Below are positions 1 to 13,430 of a stretch of 64,000 nucleotides of DNA, one piece after another. The notes beneath the pieces are model-generated. The model was not told where the DNA came from and ran no database searches. It saw only the letters and a list, made by a program, of their open reading frames with translations. A program made the position numbers and the translations under genes. The stretch is from Eledone cirrhosa (lineage: Eukaryota). Location of the stretch: NCBI GenBank assembly GCA_964016885.1, contig OZ024744.1:65534001-65598000 (forward strand), given 5' to 3'. Each line of letters begins with the position of its first letter. Position 1 is the first letter of the stretch.

Positions 1-1966
1 TTATCATAATATATAAGAGGGCCTTATTCTATTCTGAAAAGGAATATTTTATTTTTTCAAGTAGCCTAGAATGTTCAAAATTTATCAAACCAAAATTTAC
101 TAATATACCTAACTTTCATTCATCTGGTGTTTGGAAAAGAACAGAGGTTTTTGTATAAAATTAATATGCAAGGCTTTTAGATAAATATAAATACTATAAA
201 ACAAACAGTTTTGTATTGTAGATCTAGAGATAGTTTTAGGTATTTTGGTATTAACAGTATTAAGGGGAAAAAAATGCATTCGATTCAGAATGTCGATTTT
301 ACATACCCTGAGAATTTCTGGGGATATATAATCTGGTGTACCAACAGCTACAGAAGACTGGACCTAAAAATGGAAAAAAGTATAGTTCAGATTACAACAA
401 CCACAACCAGCATGCTTTTTAAAGCCATTTTCCTTGCCATGGAAAGGTTAACTTTACAGGCCTCATGAGAAGCTTCTCCACTTTTCCCCTATCACCTACA
501 CCTTGACACCCCCACCACCACCAAACTCATGGGCTTTCATTTCTTCCATCATTTGTTGCCATGTCGTTTTGGGTTAAAATGATATCAATATACAGTTTTA
601 ATATTTCACACAGTAAATTTAAACTTAACATTATCATCATTTACTTTTGGTAAGTTGAGACTATCAAACTCCATTCAAAACTGTAAAAGGTAATATAAAA
701 ATATAGCTTTTTACAATGCATTGATTTGGCAGAGTCGTTCGAGCAATGGATATTTGTTTCAGATCTGTATGTCTTTGTTCAAATACTGTCACGGTCCACT
801 TTGCCTTTCATCCTTTCAGGACTGAAAAAGTACCAATCCAGTGTGGATGAAGTCCTCTCTTGTTCCACTGGATCAAAGGAGGGAGCGTGAAGAGGGTGTC
901 TATGTATGTTTATGACAACATAAGTACCTGAAACCCTTGGTAGTATGTACCATGCTTTCAATAAGTCATACTTGATTGCATGTAGTGTAGCCTACATATA
1001 TAATTATAAACTATCTCCCAAAGCTCCTATTTCTTATCAAATTGTTTATAAATCATACTAATAATCCATCAAGAGAACAAAAACAAGATTTTAACCCTTT
1101 AGTGACCATATTTTAAATGAGATCATCATCATTGTTTTTATGTCAGTTTTTCCATGCTTGCATGGAATGGAAAAATGGGGGTAAAAATCAATATTAAAAG
1201 TAATAATTTGGAAAGTTTATACAATTACCAATTATTGTGATAGTACTATGAACATATTTTAAACAGTTTCACAAAATTTTCATAGGTTTTTATCAGAACC
1301 CCAAAAAGCTGTATCATAAGTAAGTTGGTACCATAAATCTACTTATGCAAGCAGCACACAAATCTAGAAACTACATACAAATTAGAAAACTTAACAATCC
1401 TACTCAACCACTATATATCCAATTGCTAAACCACAAACCCATATCACTACAACACTAATCAACAACTAATTCTAGATTGTCAACTGCTTGTAAATAGTTC
1501 CTAGACAGTTGAGGCATTCACAAACCCACCATATAACCTTTCAAATCAAAGATTAAAAAAAAAAAAAAACATATCAGCAAAGCTGGTGCTGGCATGTACT
1601 GGCTACCATAATGTGCCAATACACGATCATTTAACGTCCTTTTTTTCTATGCTGGCATTGATTGAACAAGTCATCACAGACCAAAGAAGTGCTGTCCTCC
1701 TAGACAGCTGAACATCTTCCCTATCACTAGCCACTAAGAGTGTAATGTATGCATTTTATTATGACTTCAGCAATAGCGAGTTTGTTTTTCCTCAACACAA
1801 CTGGAGTCTTCTCAGCTCTGTCATGCATGGTTTCTATAGTTGGCTACCCTTAACACCAACCGCTTTACAGACTGTACTGTGTTCATTTTATTGTGGCACT
1901 AGCACCAGGGAGGTTGGTGATTCACTCAAGTTAAGAATCAGTGATGTATGTATGAGGCAGAAAAGG

Positions 1967-2245
1967 TTATGGTCCCCAACCTTTTTTATACCATGGACCA
2001 GCTTCATGTCAGACAACTTTTCCGTGGATCAGTAGTTGTACACGTGTTATTTAAATGCATTTCGATAAAGAGAGCAATAATAAAAAGACCAATTTATTAA
2101 AATAGATAAATTGAATATTGGACTTTAATTTTAAAAGATTTGTATAAATATTCAATATTCATCTATTATATAATTTTAAACAAGTTAATTATTTCTTTGC
2201 AGCCCAGTAGCAAATAATCTACAGCCCAGTGGTTGGGGACCTCTA
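1967..2245. mobile_element. hAT/Charlie-type MITE, decayed ends
   Basis: Inverted GGTCCCCAACC (1971) / GGTTGGGGACC (2231-2241); TSD not clear. Confidence 0.6.
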
Positions 2246-2508
2246 TGTTAGACTACAAATTATATACCACTGTAAGTTCTGACCTTACTACACAACTTAT
2301 GTTCTGCTCCTCCTGAAAGATAACTTTACTTAATCCAATTTACACTTAACTGAATCAGTTAAACAAATTGTATTTCTACTTCATAGCTGAATGATTAGCA
2401 ATAAGATGGGCATTTTGCTTTAAAAATAACAATTAAACCATGTGACTCACAAAACGTGTGAAAACAGATGTAAGACAAAAAAAAACAAGGAATTGTAACA
2501 GAACTTAC

Positions 2509-2751
2509 AGTGCCATCTGTTAATAACTTCAAACATGAGCCAAAATCAGCAAGCACAATGTGGCCATTTTTGTCCAAGAGCACATTGTCAGGTTTAATAT
2601 CTCTGTGTACATATTTTAGCATATGCAATGAATGTATTGCTAAAACCATTTCAGCAATATAGAATCGTGCCATATCTTCAGGTAAACGATCTTCATACTT
2701 GCTTAATAAAGTTAACAAGTCTCCTCCACAATAATAGTCCATGACCAAATA
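2509..2751 (-). CDS. MRCK: MRCK kinase coding exon 5 ([18 protein letters not shown]...HRDIKPDN...[15 protein letters not shown]); gene continues beyond window start
   Basis: 243 nt, acceptor TTTCAG, donor GTAAGT. Catalytic loop HRDIKPDN and DFG motif intact. Confidence 0.97.
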
Positions 2752-4211
2752 CTGAAATATAATTTTGTTTTCGTAATTATATAAAATTAAAACTTAAAAC
2801 AAATTAAATGAGGACAAAATAATGGTTTCTGATTTAAGCACAAGGCCAGCAATTTTGGGTGGAGGGAAAAATTGATTAAATCCACTCCAGTGCATTACTG
2901 GTGCTTTATTTTATCGACCCTGTAAGGATGAAAGGGAAAGCTAACCTCAGCAAGATTTGAACTTAGAAAGTAAAGGGACGCAACTCTACACATAGGAAAT
3001 TAAATTGAGCATTTTTTTAAATTTTGTAACTAGGCCCTGAAATTCATCAGCAGCAACATCATTTAACGACTATTTTTCCAGACTTGTATGGGTTAGATAA
3101 GTTGTCATTAGGGCAGGTGACCATGTCTTGCTTATACGGATTTGTATTTTGGCTTGATTTTTACAGCTGGATGCCCTTCATAATGCCAAACCACATTACA
3201 GTGTAGACAGGGCAATTTTTATTGTTACCAAAACAATCATCTAACAGGGTGGATAGTGCTTTATTGTTGAGTCTCCAGCAAGACCACCTTACAGGGTGGA
3301 CTGGGTGCTTTTTCATCATATTACCAGTATGACCACCTTATAGGAAGGAGACTGTGCTTTTTTGTCATGTCACCAGCATGACCACCCTCCAAGAATGATG
3401 AACTGGGTACATTGATGTTAAAATTATATTTCTATAATTGCAGTCAGCATATTTTTAATAGCATAAACAGATGCTCTGAAACTGGAAAACTGAAATGATA
3501 CAAGGGAGACACAACTAATAATTTGTGTAGCTCACATTTGTGCAGATTTTCTGGATCCTTGTGAGATTGTATGTTATAAGTTTTTTGGATGTTTTTAATA
3601 ATAAGAGCACCAGTTATATCATGTCATCACCTTTCTGGTAGTAGGAGGTGGGATTTGATCTCAGAACAGATACTGAGGGACATACAATGTCCAACACTAA
3701 GAATTTCATTAATCCACTCCCAAGGACTGGCATTTTGCCATTCATTTTTCAGTGTTATAAATAAAGTTGACTTCAGATAGAAGCAATTATTATACACATT
3801 GACTTAAATCAACTGAAGTATCAGTCTCACACAGGTTGGTAACTAACAGCTCAATAAAAACAAATTTCAGTACTTCATGTTGATATTTAATTTTTTTTTT
3901 TTTAAACTAAAGCCTACTCCCTTTTGTCAGACACTGCTTTATTCTTTAATTCACATCCTATAATGTTTTTGTACAAAATATCAGGAAAAACTGGCTTGAT
4001 AATTCAGTCCCTTTACTGATTGACATATCATTGCAAACATTTGCATTAAACTAAAATAGAGATTTCAATTTATAAGGCGATGTAGTCTAGTCAGTGCTGT
4101 TTTGTACTTTGTAAAAACATTTTATTAATGTTGTTTCATGTGACATAGGACGTTGAGAGTTAATTTATTGAAAGACAAAGCTTACAAATCAGTAGAAGCT
4201 AGAATAATTAC

Positions 4212-4307
4212 CAAATGATTGTCATCCTGAAATGCGTAATGTAAATTGGTGATCCAGCGTCTGTCTCCATATACAAGAACATCTCGCTCTTCTTTGAAGC
4301 AAGCAGT
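4212..4307 (-). CDS. MRCK: MRCK kinase coding exon 4 ([32 protein letters not shown])
   Basis: 96 nt, acceptor TTTCAG, donor GTAATT. Subdomains III-IV. Confidence 0.96.
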
Positions 4308-4359
4308 CTGAAACAAGAAAAATGTTGGTTAGAAAATAAGTTAAAATTATTATATTTGT

Positions 4360-4630
4360 CTTCATCCATTTATTCCCGAGAGGGTTGTGGAGACAGAGCC
4401 CTCAAACACTCCTTTCAGCAGGTCTTGTCAGAAGTAACCATCTCCAATTGATTTGACTGGATCCCCAAGCATGACCAGCCGAACTCATGGATGTTATCCA
4501 ACCATCTTGCTCAGGGTTTACCCCTGGGTCATCTGCCATTGGTTTTGCCCGTAAAATCTGTCCAGCGATTCTTTCCTGAGCCATTCTAACCACATGCCCA
4601 CAGTATCGGAGCTGTGATCTATCAATTCGG
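4360..4630 (-). mobile_element. 3' end of another RTE-like LINE; further copies at ~11345-11550 (+) and ~33050-33330 (+)
   Basis: QLRYCGHVVRMAQER...RWLDNI C-terminal motif, three mutually alignable copies, (GAA)n-like tail. Confidence 0.7.
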
Positions 4631-7600
4631 ATATATTATATTTGTAAATTATTATTTCTAGATTAATATATTACTCAAAATAAATTAGATTCTTTAAATC
4701 AATGCAGTTAAGCAATTATTTAAGATTTATAATTTTATTGTAGTTGTAGAAGAATGAATGGATTACATTTTACTTAGTTATTCAGAAAAACACAATCCTA
4801 AGACCTATGAAGTGGAAGGATGGAGAAAAGATTTCAGAAGAATAATTAGAAGAGAGAGTGAGGAAATTTTTTAGTGTCAGTAGTTGATATGATATAGTAA
4901 AACTACTTCCAAACCCATGTTTATGAAAATGGTATTAAAAAAAAAAAAAAAAAAAAAAAAAATCCACCACCAAGATTACCTCCTATCTACCTAAGATAAA
5001 TGGTGCAAACAGATATAATTAACTATGTGGTTAAGAAGTTTACATAACCACATGGTTTCAGCTTCAATCACACTGTGTAGTATCTAGGTTAGGTATCTAA
5101 AATAGCCTCTAGTTGACTGATGCTTTGTGAATGAATTTTGGTAGATAGAAACTATATTAGAAGCCCATTTGTGTGTGCACATCTCATATGCATCTCCACG
5201 TTGGCACTTCTTTTTCATCTGGTCATGTTTGTTTATGTCCTGTATAAATAATATGCCCTACAGCTCAACGAAACAAGTACCTTACTTAAAAACAAGGTAT
5301 CAGGAAAGACAATCCAGCCATAAAATACTACCTAAAAAATGTTTCTCCAATCCATATCAGCACGGAAAAACCGAGATTAAAACAATGACAATGATGATGA
5401 AACTAGAATTATATCTAACTAAAATCTATATTATCCAACACTGCCATCCTACAGTTTATATCGCACAAAATCCAGTTCTAAAGACTGTATAACATATTGG
5501 ACTAAATAGCACCCTGAAGATTCTCTAAAAGAATTTTTTTTTTTCAAACTTAAATGATTTGCCAAAGGATCTTTAAATATCTCGGAAGTAATCTTCATAC
5601 CATAGACCTGGCATGAATGCGAAGTGGTGGTGGTATATTAAGTCTATCACCCAAGAGCAAGAATGGTGATGTCAACTGGACTTCCACAGTTTTCATCTAT
5701 CAATTTTTATGCTCAAGACTTTGGTAATGTCTTTATTGTAGCTTTTGAATGACCAAAGGATGCAAATTTAATAACACTGCTATGTCTGCATCCATCTTCA
5801 TTGTTTAATGTTCATTTTCCCTGCATTTCACTGACCTGCATTCCGCATTTTATTGATTGCTCAGATCGGCCAGGGGTCATCTCACTGACATTCGTTCCCA
5901 TGCTCTACAGACTACATTTGGCTCAAGGACTAAGGAGATTTGACAGGAATATGTCGTGGATGTATACCATGCATGAGGGAGTTATGAGATTTGACAGGAT
6001 GATGAGCAGGAGGGGAGGATGTGACCCTTGATAACATGAAAGGTTTTTGTAAAGTATTCAACAGAAAAAAACAAAAGTGTACCTCACTATAAAAAAATAC
6101 TGCAGTTCATTAACATTCCTATTCCCTCAGTACAAGAATTTCATAATTTAAACAATGATAAAGTTACATCTATAAATACAGAGTGTGTATTTAGTTTACA
6201 TGTCTACATATTAAAAACGTGTATATTTATATACAGAACTAAAGGCAGTTTTGGGTAGGTTATCAAAATGGTTAAATAGCAATAAATATTCCAGCTACTA
6301 TACAATATATACAAATATGATATATGTTTTTATATTATCCCCTCTATTGTGCTGAAACACTGTCTTAGTTCTCCACCAATTAAATGTAACCAGCCAAGCC
6401 CGTACTATATACAAACGAGTATTTCCGACTGATATTTTCTATTTGCTATATGCAAATCAAGCATACCCAGCAAATGATTAACACATAAAATTCTATATAG
6501 AATATAGTCCAATTCATGCCACTACTGTCTTGGGCGAGTCTCACTAATAAAAGATATACAAATCTTGAAACAGTACTGTATGACATTCCCAAAATGTACT
6601 GGCAACTTTGATATATTCAGAGGAAAATAGACAAAAATGTTTATGTTATGAAAAAATATTTTTCTTTGGCAGCAAGGCAAACCATGTTTCTTGTATATAA
6701 AGATGTCTTTTTTATATATACTTCTATTATGCTTAAACACTGTCTTAGTTCTACCACCAACTAATTATGATATTGTATGTCCCTGGGGGTTAAATGCCAC
6801 ACCACACTCAATGTATGATTGAAATGCTTCCTGTCCAGGGTTTAATACTTACTCCTATAAATGTTACTGGCAGATATGTAGTCATTAGAGAAGTTACACT
6901 GTGGCTGTAGATTTGATAAATCTATGAACATTACAGTACTATATTATACAGTATCATGTGTATGATTATACACATGGTACTGAATATCATTCAATCCAGG
7001 GCCTTTTCACTCATATCAGAGGAACCTCTCCCTGATTGACCACCATTTTCTGTTTTGGGATGAAGCCATACTCACCATGCTTGACTAATGGCAGGTTGGT
7101 GAGGCTATTTAAACCATAGCTGGGTAAACTCATTTCTACAGCTGAGGGAAGTGGAGCAACGTGAAATAAAGTGTTTTGCTCAAAGCCCAATCCGAGAATC
7201 AAACTCACAACCTCAGGATTGTAAGCCTGACACTCTAACACTAAACCATCCGCCTTCACTGAATATATAAGGGGGGTGGGAGCAACACAAGTCCAAAAGA
7301 TTTGAGGAAGTCGCTAGACACTTGATGTAAGAAATTCTTGCCAAATACACTCCCCACCACACACAATCACACCCATGCTAGTATAGAAAGTGGGAGCAAA
7401 ATAATGAGGCACACATGTAGGTAGGTTAGAATCTTCTTCAATCTTAAAAGTATGAAGTAATAAAGAAAAAGCTTAGTATATAAATCATAGACTTACAGTT
7501 TTTAACACTGAGAAAACTAAAAAGTTTGGTTTTAGGGGATATCTCCCCTGGAGCTGACCACCAAAATCAATGTTGTGACTGAGATGTAAGTAGAACAGGG

Positions 7601-8601
7601 TTTTAATATTTCTAAGGAGGCCAGTAGATATGCAGTCATTAGGGAGGCTACACACTAACCTCACCTAGATATATTGATAAATCAGTTATCAATAACAAAT
7701 ACAGTAGAAATAAGTTACTATAGATTACTAACAAACCTTATATAAAAAATAAATAAAAAATAAATAAAAAACTATACATCATTAGCTATCTCATTTTATC
7801 CTCATCAATTATAATCCTTTAACCCTTTAACATTTAAACCAGCTGTGTTCTCAAAATAAATAACATCAACATTTCATAGAGTGTAAGGGAATTGATGTAT
7901 GTTGTGTGCAAGAGGCTAGAATCAGCTAGACTTCTGACAGGCAAAATACAATGTTACAAATTTTTCTGGGTGGGAAATGACAATGGTCTGGGTAGTATTA
8001 CATTATTTGGTATCAGAAGGGTTAATCATTAAGAACATATCTCTCCAAATGTCAAATGATAGCCATTTCATACATTAAATTTACCTCAAATCTCATATCT
8101 TGAACATGTGATTATCTGAGGTTCATCTCATTGAAACCCTGCTATAAGTACCATATAGCACAGAAACTCAAGTGGAAACATGCATGATTGTTTAATGAAA
8201 CAACATTTAAGCAAGTACAGTAGCTATATTGGATCAGAGAAAATTATCAAGTGAAATCTCATATCAGAAAACAAAATGCTGTGTCAACTTTTTCAAGATC
8301 ATCATAAGCAACACCAATTATCTAATCTTTTAATAAACAATACTAAATCTATTTTTTTTCTATATCAACACATATCAGGTGAGTCATATCCCATCACATT
8401 AAATCCTTTAATTCTTAATACCTACTTCTTATAACCCAAAAACTGTTCAAATTTCCAAGATATTTTTCACATTGAAATTAATTAAGCAAATTTAACCACC
8501 GCTTAAAATTTTTATGAACACTGAGCAAATAAACAGCATGTATATATTTTTGTTTTGTTTTTTAAGATGAAATCAAAAGGTTATTCAAATAAATAACTGA
8601 C

Positions 8602-8685
8602 CTCTGCTCGTTTTAACATTTCCCATTTGTTGAGGATTTTCATAGCATAGACTTCTTCTGTTCCTTTCAATTTAACAACAGCAAC
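8602..8685 (-). CDS. MRCK: MRCK kinase coding exon 3 ([28 protein letters not shown])
   Basis: 84 nt, acceptor CTGCAG, donor GTCAGT. Subdomain II lysine in [15 protein letters not shown], typical of MRCK. Confidence 0.96.
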
Positions 8686-8953
8686 CTGCAGAAGGAGAAA
8701 AAAAAATTTTTTTAAATTTAAAAAAAAAAAAAAAAAATCATTCGTTTAAAATCTTAAAAGTTTGAACATCAGTTTCAATAAGTAATATCAGTGTCTGATA
8801 ATAGTTTCACTACTAAGATGATTTTTGCCACATTTTACAAACTTGTGATGGCCACTCATCATGCTAAAACAGCAACTAATTCACTGTCAAATCATTAAAA
8901 TTTATCATTTAATAAGGATACATTGGATAGTGCAGTTCTAGCTATACTGGCTA

Positions 8954-8988
<35 letters not shown>

Positions 8989-9381
8989 GATATGGTTCCA
9001 CACAGTAGAGTCAGGATTGTATGTAAGCACGATGTGGGCCTGCCTGAGTTTCTCCATAGAGTGGGAACATATGTGAGATGAAGGGCCCCAGCCTGTCAGA
9101 AAGGTCAGTAGCTCTGCTAGAATACTGACTTTATCTGCGATGACCCGTTCAACCTTTGCACAGAAAACAGACATTAAATGATGTCGATCATCCTCCTCCT
9201 CCTCAAATATGCAACCAATTAAAGCCGACATGTTTAAACAACAACCAACTAGAGATTTCACCAATATTATCCACATGCATACCAAAGTAATCAATTTTGG
9301 ATATATCAAACAGAATATCTTAGATAAGCTTGATCAGACAGACAAGTATTAAACAAGTTATCAATTAGTATCTTGGATCTG

Positions 9382-9645
9382 TGAAGGCACATGGCTTTGT
9401 GGTTAGTGTATTCAGCTCCCAATCGTAAGGTCATGAGTTTCATTCCTGTCAGTGCGTTGTATCCTTGAGCAAGACTTTATTTCACATTGCTCCAGTCCAC
9501 TCAATTGGCAAAAATGAGTTGTACCTGAACTACATAAAGGGTACGCGTGTCTGGAATGCTCAGCGACTTGCATGTTAATTTCATGAGCAGGCTGTTGATC
9601 GGATCAACTGGAACATTCATCGCCATAACCGACAGAATGCCTCCA
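9382..9645 (+). mobile_element. tRNA-derived SINE with the same head and core but a different tail (related heads at ~7080-7260, 11790-11930, 24200-24350, all minus)
   Basis: GGCACATGGCTTTGTGGTTAG A box, GAGTTTCATTCC B-box-like motif, CCTTGAGCAAGACTTTATTTCACATTGCTCCAG core. Confidence 0.7.
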
Positions 9646-9764
9646 TCTTGAATCTGCTCATCCAAGTCAACATAAACCAGTCAGTACCACTAAAATTCCA
9701 ACAAACCTCTAATTTACTTTTCAACAAATTTGTTAATTTGATATAATGTATGGATTCCAAACCC

Positions 9765-9978
9765 ACAAGCAAGGCAATCCATCTAGGAGAACAGTTACTC
9801 TGAATAAAATAAGTCTGCTCAGGGTAGGTGTGGGCTCCCACAAGCAGCAAAGCAAGTAAGGCAGCCTGCCTAGGAAGGCAGTTAATCTGAATAAAATAAG
9901 ACAGCACAGGACAAATGTGGGCTCCATAAACCGTAGTGAAGGCAACCTGTCCAGAAGAGTAGTCACTGAATATAAACT
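9765..9978. repeat. Three diverged ~80-87-bp tandem units
   Basis: AAGGCA.CC..CTAG....CAGTTA.TCTGAATAAAA recurs at ~9771, 9858 and 9939; TGTGGGCTCC recurs twice. Confidence 0.7.
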
Positions 9979-10091
9979 GTTACTGTGTAGGGAGGACTCT
10001 TAAATCTAGTCCGACAGTCTCTAATGTAAGTGGCAGAAATAATGAACCCAGTCAATGCTGTAAAGTGGTTGGAGATAGGAAAGGCATCCAG

Positions 10092-10137
<46 letters not shown>

Positions 10138-11124
10138 AAATTATTACCAACATTCAATAGGTCATTTTAGTCACTGACCAAGTTTCTATAGTAAATATCA
10201 TTATACACCATTTTATGTGAAATGAAATCTTAGTTCCTTACTAACTAAATCAAAGAAACAGTAGCAACTTCAGCTGGCTTCTAAAATAACTGAGAATTCC
10301 AGTACATGCAACTGTATTCAAAAGAAAGCCATCCACCTGACTGACAAGGGCAACACACTAAATAGTCACTCAACCTACTAGAAACGGCAATCAATCCTCC
10401 AGCACATCAACTCTTTGCAATTCTCTTCTTGGATGCCTACACCCTTAACAAGTACCTAACTGCAATTTGGCATTTCATCCCTTCAGGGTCAGTTAAAAAT
10501 AACCAGTCTAGAGCAGAGTAGACAGGTGGAATTGTTAGATCGTCAGATAGGATACCTTACAGAATTTGTCCCAGTGTTCTGTATTATGAGTTAAAACAGG
10601 TGGTTCTATGAAACAAAACCACCCATTTTAAAAGGTTCCAATTTTATATAAGAACTATATATTAAGTCTTAGTAATAAAATAATTTTAGTAAACCATTCA
10701 AAATTCTTCATTAATTAATTGATAAAATAATTTTATCAGAAATAGTCACAAAAGAGTTAAATCCCACTTCCTGTCACAAGAAAAATGGTGATATGATAGG
10801 ACTAGTGGCCTCCTCCTACAAGATGCAATCTCATGGGAAACCAGTTAAACCTGCAGAGCTGTAAGCCATAGCAACAACTACAATTACATCATAAAAGTAG
10901 GGTTACTTTTTTTTTTTTTTTATATATATAGAGAGAGCGAGAGCGCGCGCGTGTGTGCGTGTGCGTGTTTTTGTGTGTGTAAGAAGAGAAACAACAAGAT
11001 TGTGCTGTTCCTTTAGTTGCCTTGGTTAGGTGGGGGTAAGTGAAGATATGTCAACTGTTTGCTACTGGTTTTGATGGCGCGCGCGTGCGTGAAAATAGTT
11101 CATATCTGATATTCTGTAAAGTAG

Positions 11125-11345
11125 TTAACCCTTTTAATACCAACCTGCCCAAAACCACCTCTAGCTCTATGAAACAAAACTGCTCATTTTAAAGGGTTTC
11201 TATTTAAATAAAAGCTTTTTATATAAAATTATGAAAGATTTAATGTTAGAAACACCATCTTAATTGAAATAATATTCATAAATCTTTCCAAATTCTTCAA
11301 TAATTAATTCAAATTAAGTGTATTTTATTAGAAATATGGAAATGA
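11125..11345. mobile_element. Second TTAA-CCC MITE family; copies at ~10595-10760, 18450-18600, 34720-34925, 38330-38540, 48480-48855
   Basis: TTAACCCTTTTAATACCAAC start (TTGGTATCAAAAGAGTTAA in reverse copies) and shared ATGAAACAAAAC..CATTTTAAAGGGTT internal motif. Confidence 0.62.
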
Positions 11346-12419
11346 CAGATTTTACGGACAAAACCAACCGGCAAGAGACCCAGGAGTAGGCCCCATGCAA
11401 GATGGTTGGATAACATCCATGAGTTTGGCCAGTCATGCTTGGGGATCCAGCCGGATCAGTTGGAGACAGTTGCTTCTGATAGGACTCTCAGGAAGGAGCG
11501 TTTGAGGACTGCCCCCACAACCCTCTCAGGAATAAGAGAATGAAGAAAATATGGAAGTGCAAAGATTAATACTATTAATACACCACTTTTCTAAATTGGG
11601 ATGAAGAAATATTGAAAGATAACATGTCGATAAGAATTGGTAGATGTTAACTAAAGTCTAAAGTCTGTTTTAAGCCATTTAAGGCTCATTTGGCCAGTGC
11701 TTATCCTGGTTTCATGGTGTGATATGAGAGAGTATAAGACTCTCGTTGGACAAAACGGCAATCCATCGCAGGGTCCTTAATTATTGCTGGTACTCATTTT
11801 CAGCTGAGTATACTGGAGCAATGTGAAATGAAAAGGTTTTGCTCAGTAACAACACACAACCCAGCAATCGAACCCATGACATTATGATCATAAGTCTAAC
11901 ACCCTCACCACCAGGCCATGTGCCCCCAATCATAATGACTAATGTCTCACACTAGTAATGCTGTGTTCCCGTACACACTCAACACACAATACTAAAGTAA
12001 ACTGAAAGAGACATTGTAGTAATCTGATATTAAAAATTCAACAAAACATTACAAAAAGCAGTTCTTAGTTTAGGAAACTGACATCTTATAAAGAAACTGA
12101 GCAGAATAACTCCTAACATATATATGCTTTAATTTACTTTAAAAAAAGCATGTTTCTTCTGATAACAGTATACAATACTACATTTCCAATATTCAAGTAT
12201 TCAATCATAATGCTTCCATTTATGGAGATATTTTTTTCCAACAATTCCTAGTAAAATACTCAGTTTTTCAAGGTAATCCTTTCGTGATTATATTGCTAAT
12301 AAAATGCTTGTTATTTCATATTAACAAAGAATGTTTAGGAATTTACTAACAATTATTTCATTACTAAGATGTGGATGACCTGGCAGTTGACATAGCTAAA
12401 TAGATAGATACTAGATAGT

Positions 12420-13430
12420 AACGTAATATATGCTGGATGATAGTAATTTAAAGAGGAATCTGTCCATGTCTGTCTCTTGGCCTTAATAACTATCCACTGT
12501 ACTGTTCCACTACCAGGCAACCCACTGTCTTGCTGCTGCTTTACTTCAGTCTCAAGTCTCAACAATAGTTCACAATAGTTCACAATAGGTTGTTATGGAA
12601 GAATTTCCAATTGTCCTCTATATCATATGCATCTAATTCATCTCCTTTCTCATCCTATGCATCCCATAAGGCCTTTCTAAACCTATATTTAACAAAGGTT
12701 TTTTAGCTGCCATACTCTCTGCCTCCATATTTTACTGTGTATCTTGTTCCACCTTGTGTTTATTCCGATATCACTAATAACTAACTTGTATTGGGAAGCA
12801 GAGTCTTCTTCAAGAAAGGTCTTAACATTTATTATCATCTGTATATCTCATTTTACAAGAAATCAATCGGGCTTGTCCAGTCACCTGATTAGTATGTGAT
12901 CAGATAGCTGGCAGGTTTCCTGAAATTAGTTGACGCAAATGGTTAATTCATTTGCAACTTAGAATTCCAGGATCCTCAATCCTTCATTTCTTGAACCATA
13001 ACCACAGGCACTATGAACTCATGTGAATCTATCCTGATATTGTCAACTGAAATTTCCTGCCAAGATGATGAAGTCTCATCATTAACTGAGGTTGTCTGTA
13101 AAAGTTCCTCATAGAAATTTTTTTTTTATTAAATTCAGTCTTGCATATTGTGAATAGGTAGATGTAAGTGTCAACATTTTATTTCTTACAGCTATTTTAA
13201 GTTTGATAATTCTGTCCCTTAATCTATCACCTTATCTATCCATTTCTCAACTTGTAGAATGCCTACACCACTTAAACCATCAACATTTCCTATCCAAAAA
13301 AGCTTGTATATGTTATTTGCCTGCGAGTAGTCTCACTGAGGAACCCATCTATCTCCCCTCTTATACACAGCATACATCCACTCATCTCTCTAGCAACTTC
13401 ACAATTTCTCCTAATGCTGGAGAGGAGACC
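12420..13430 (-). mobile_element. Old, decayed RTE endonuclease/linker fragment
   Basis: GEIVKLLE..VDVCCV motif near 13420-13360 parallels the EN start of the 19605-22990 element; many stops. Left boundary uncertain. Confidence 0.5.

Noticed and set aside
2395-2508. C-terminal extension of ORF 2395-2748 (and likewise 56520-56773 of ORF 56520-56942)
   Set aside because: Read-through into introns past clear GT donors; kinase similarity stops at the donor.
1-2508. Next kinase exon (V-x-S-x-VAVGTPDYISPE)
   Set aside because: Not found by eye in the remaining sequence; presumably outside the window.
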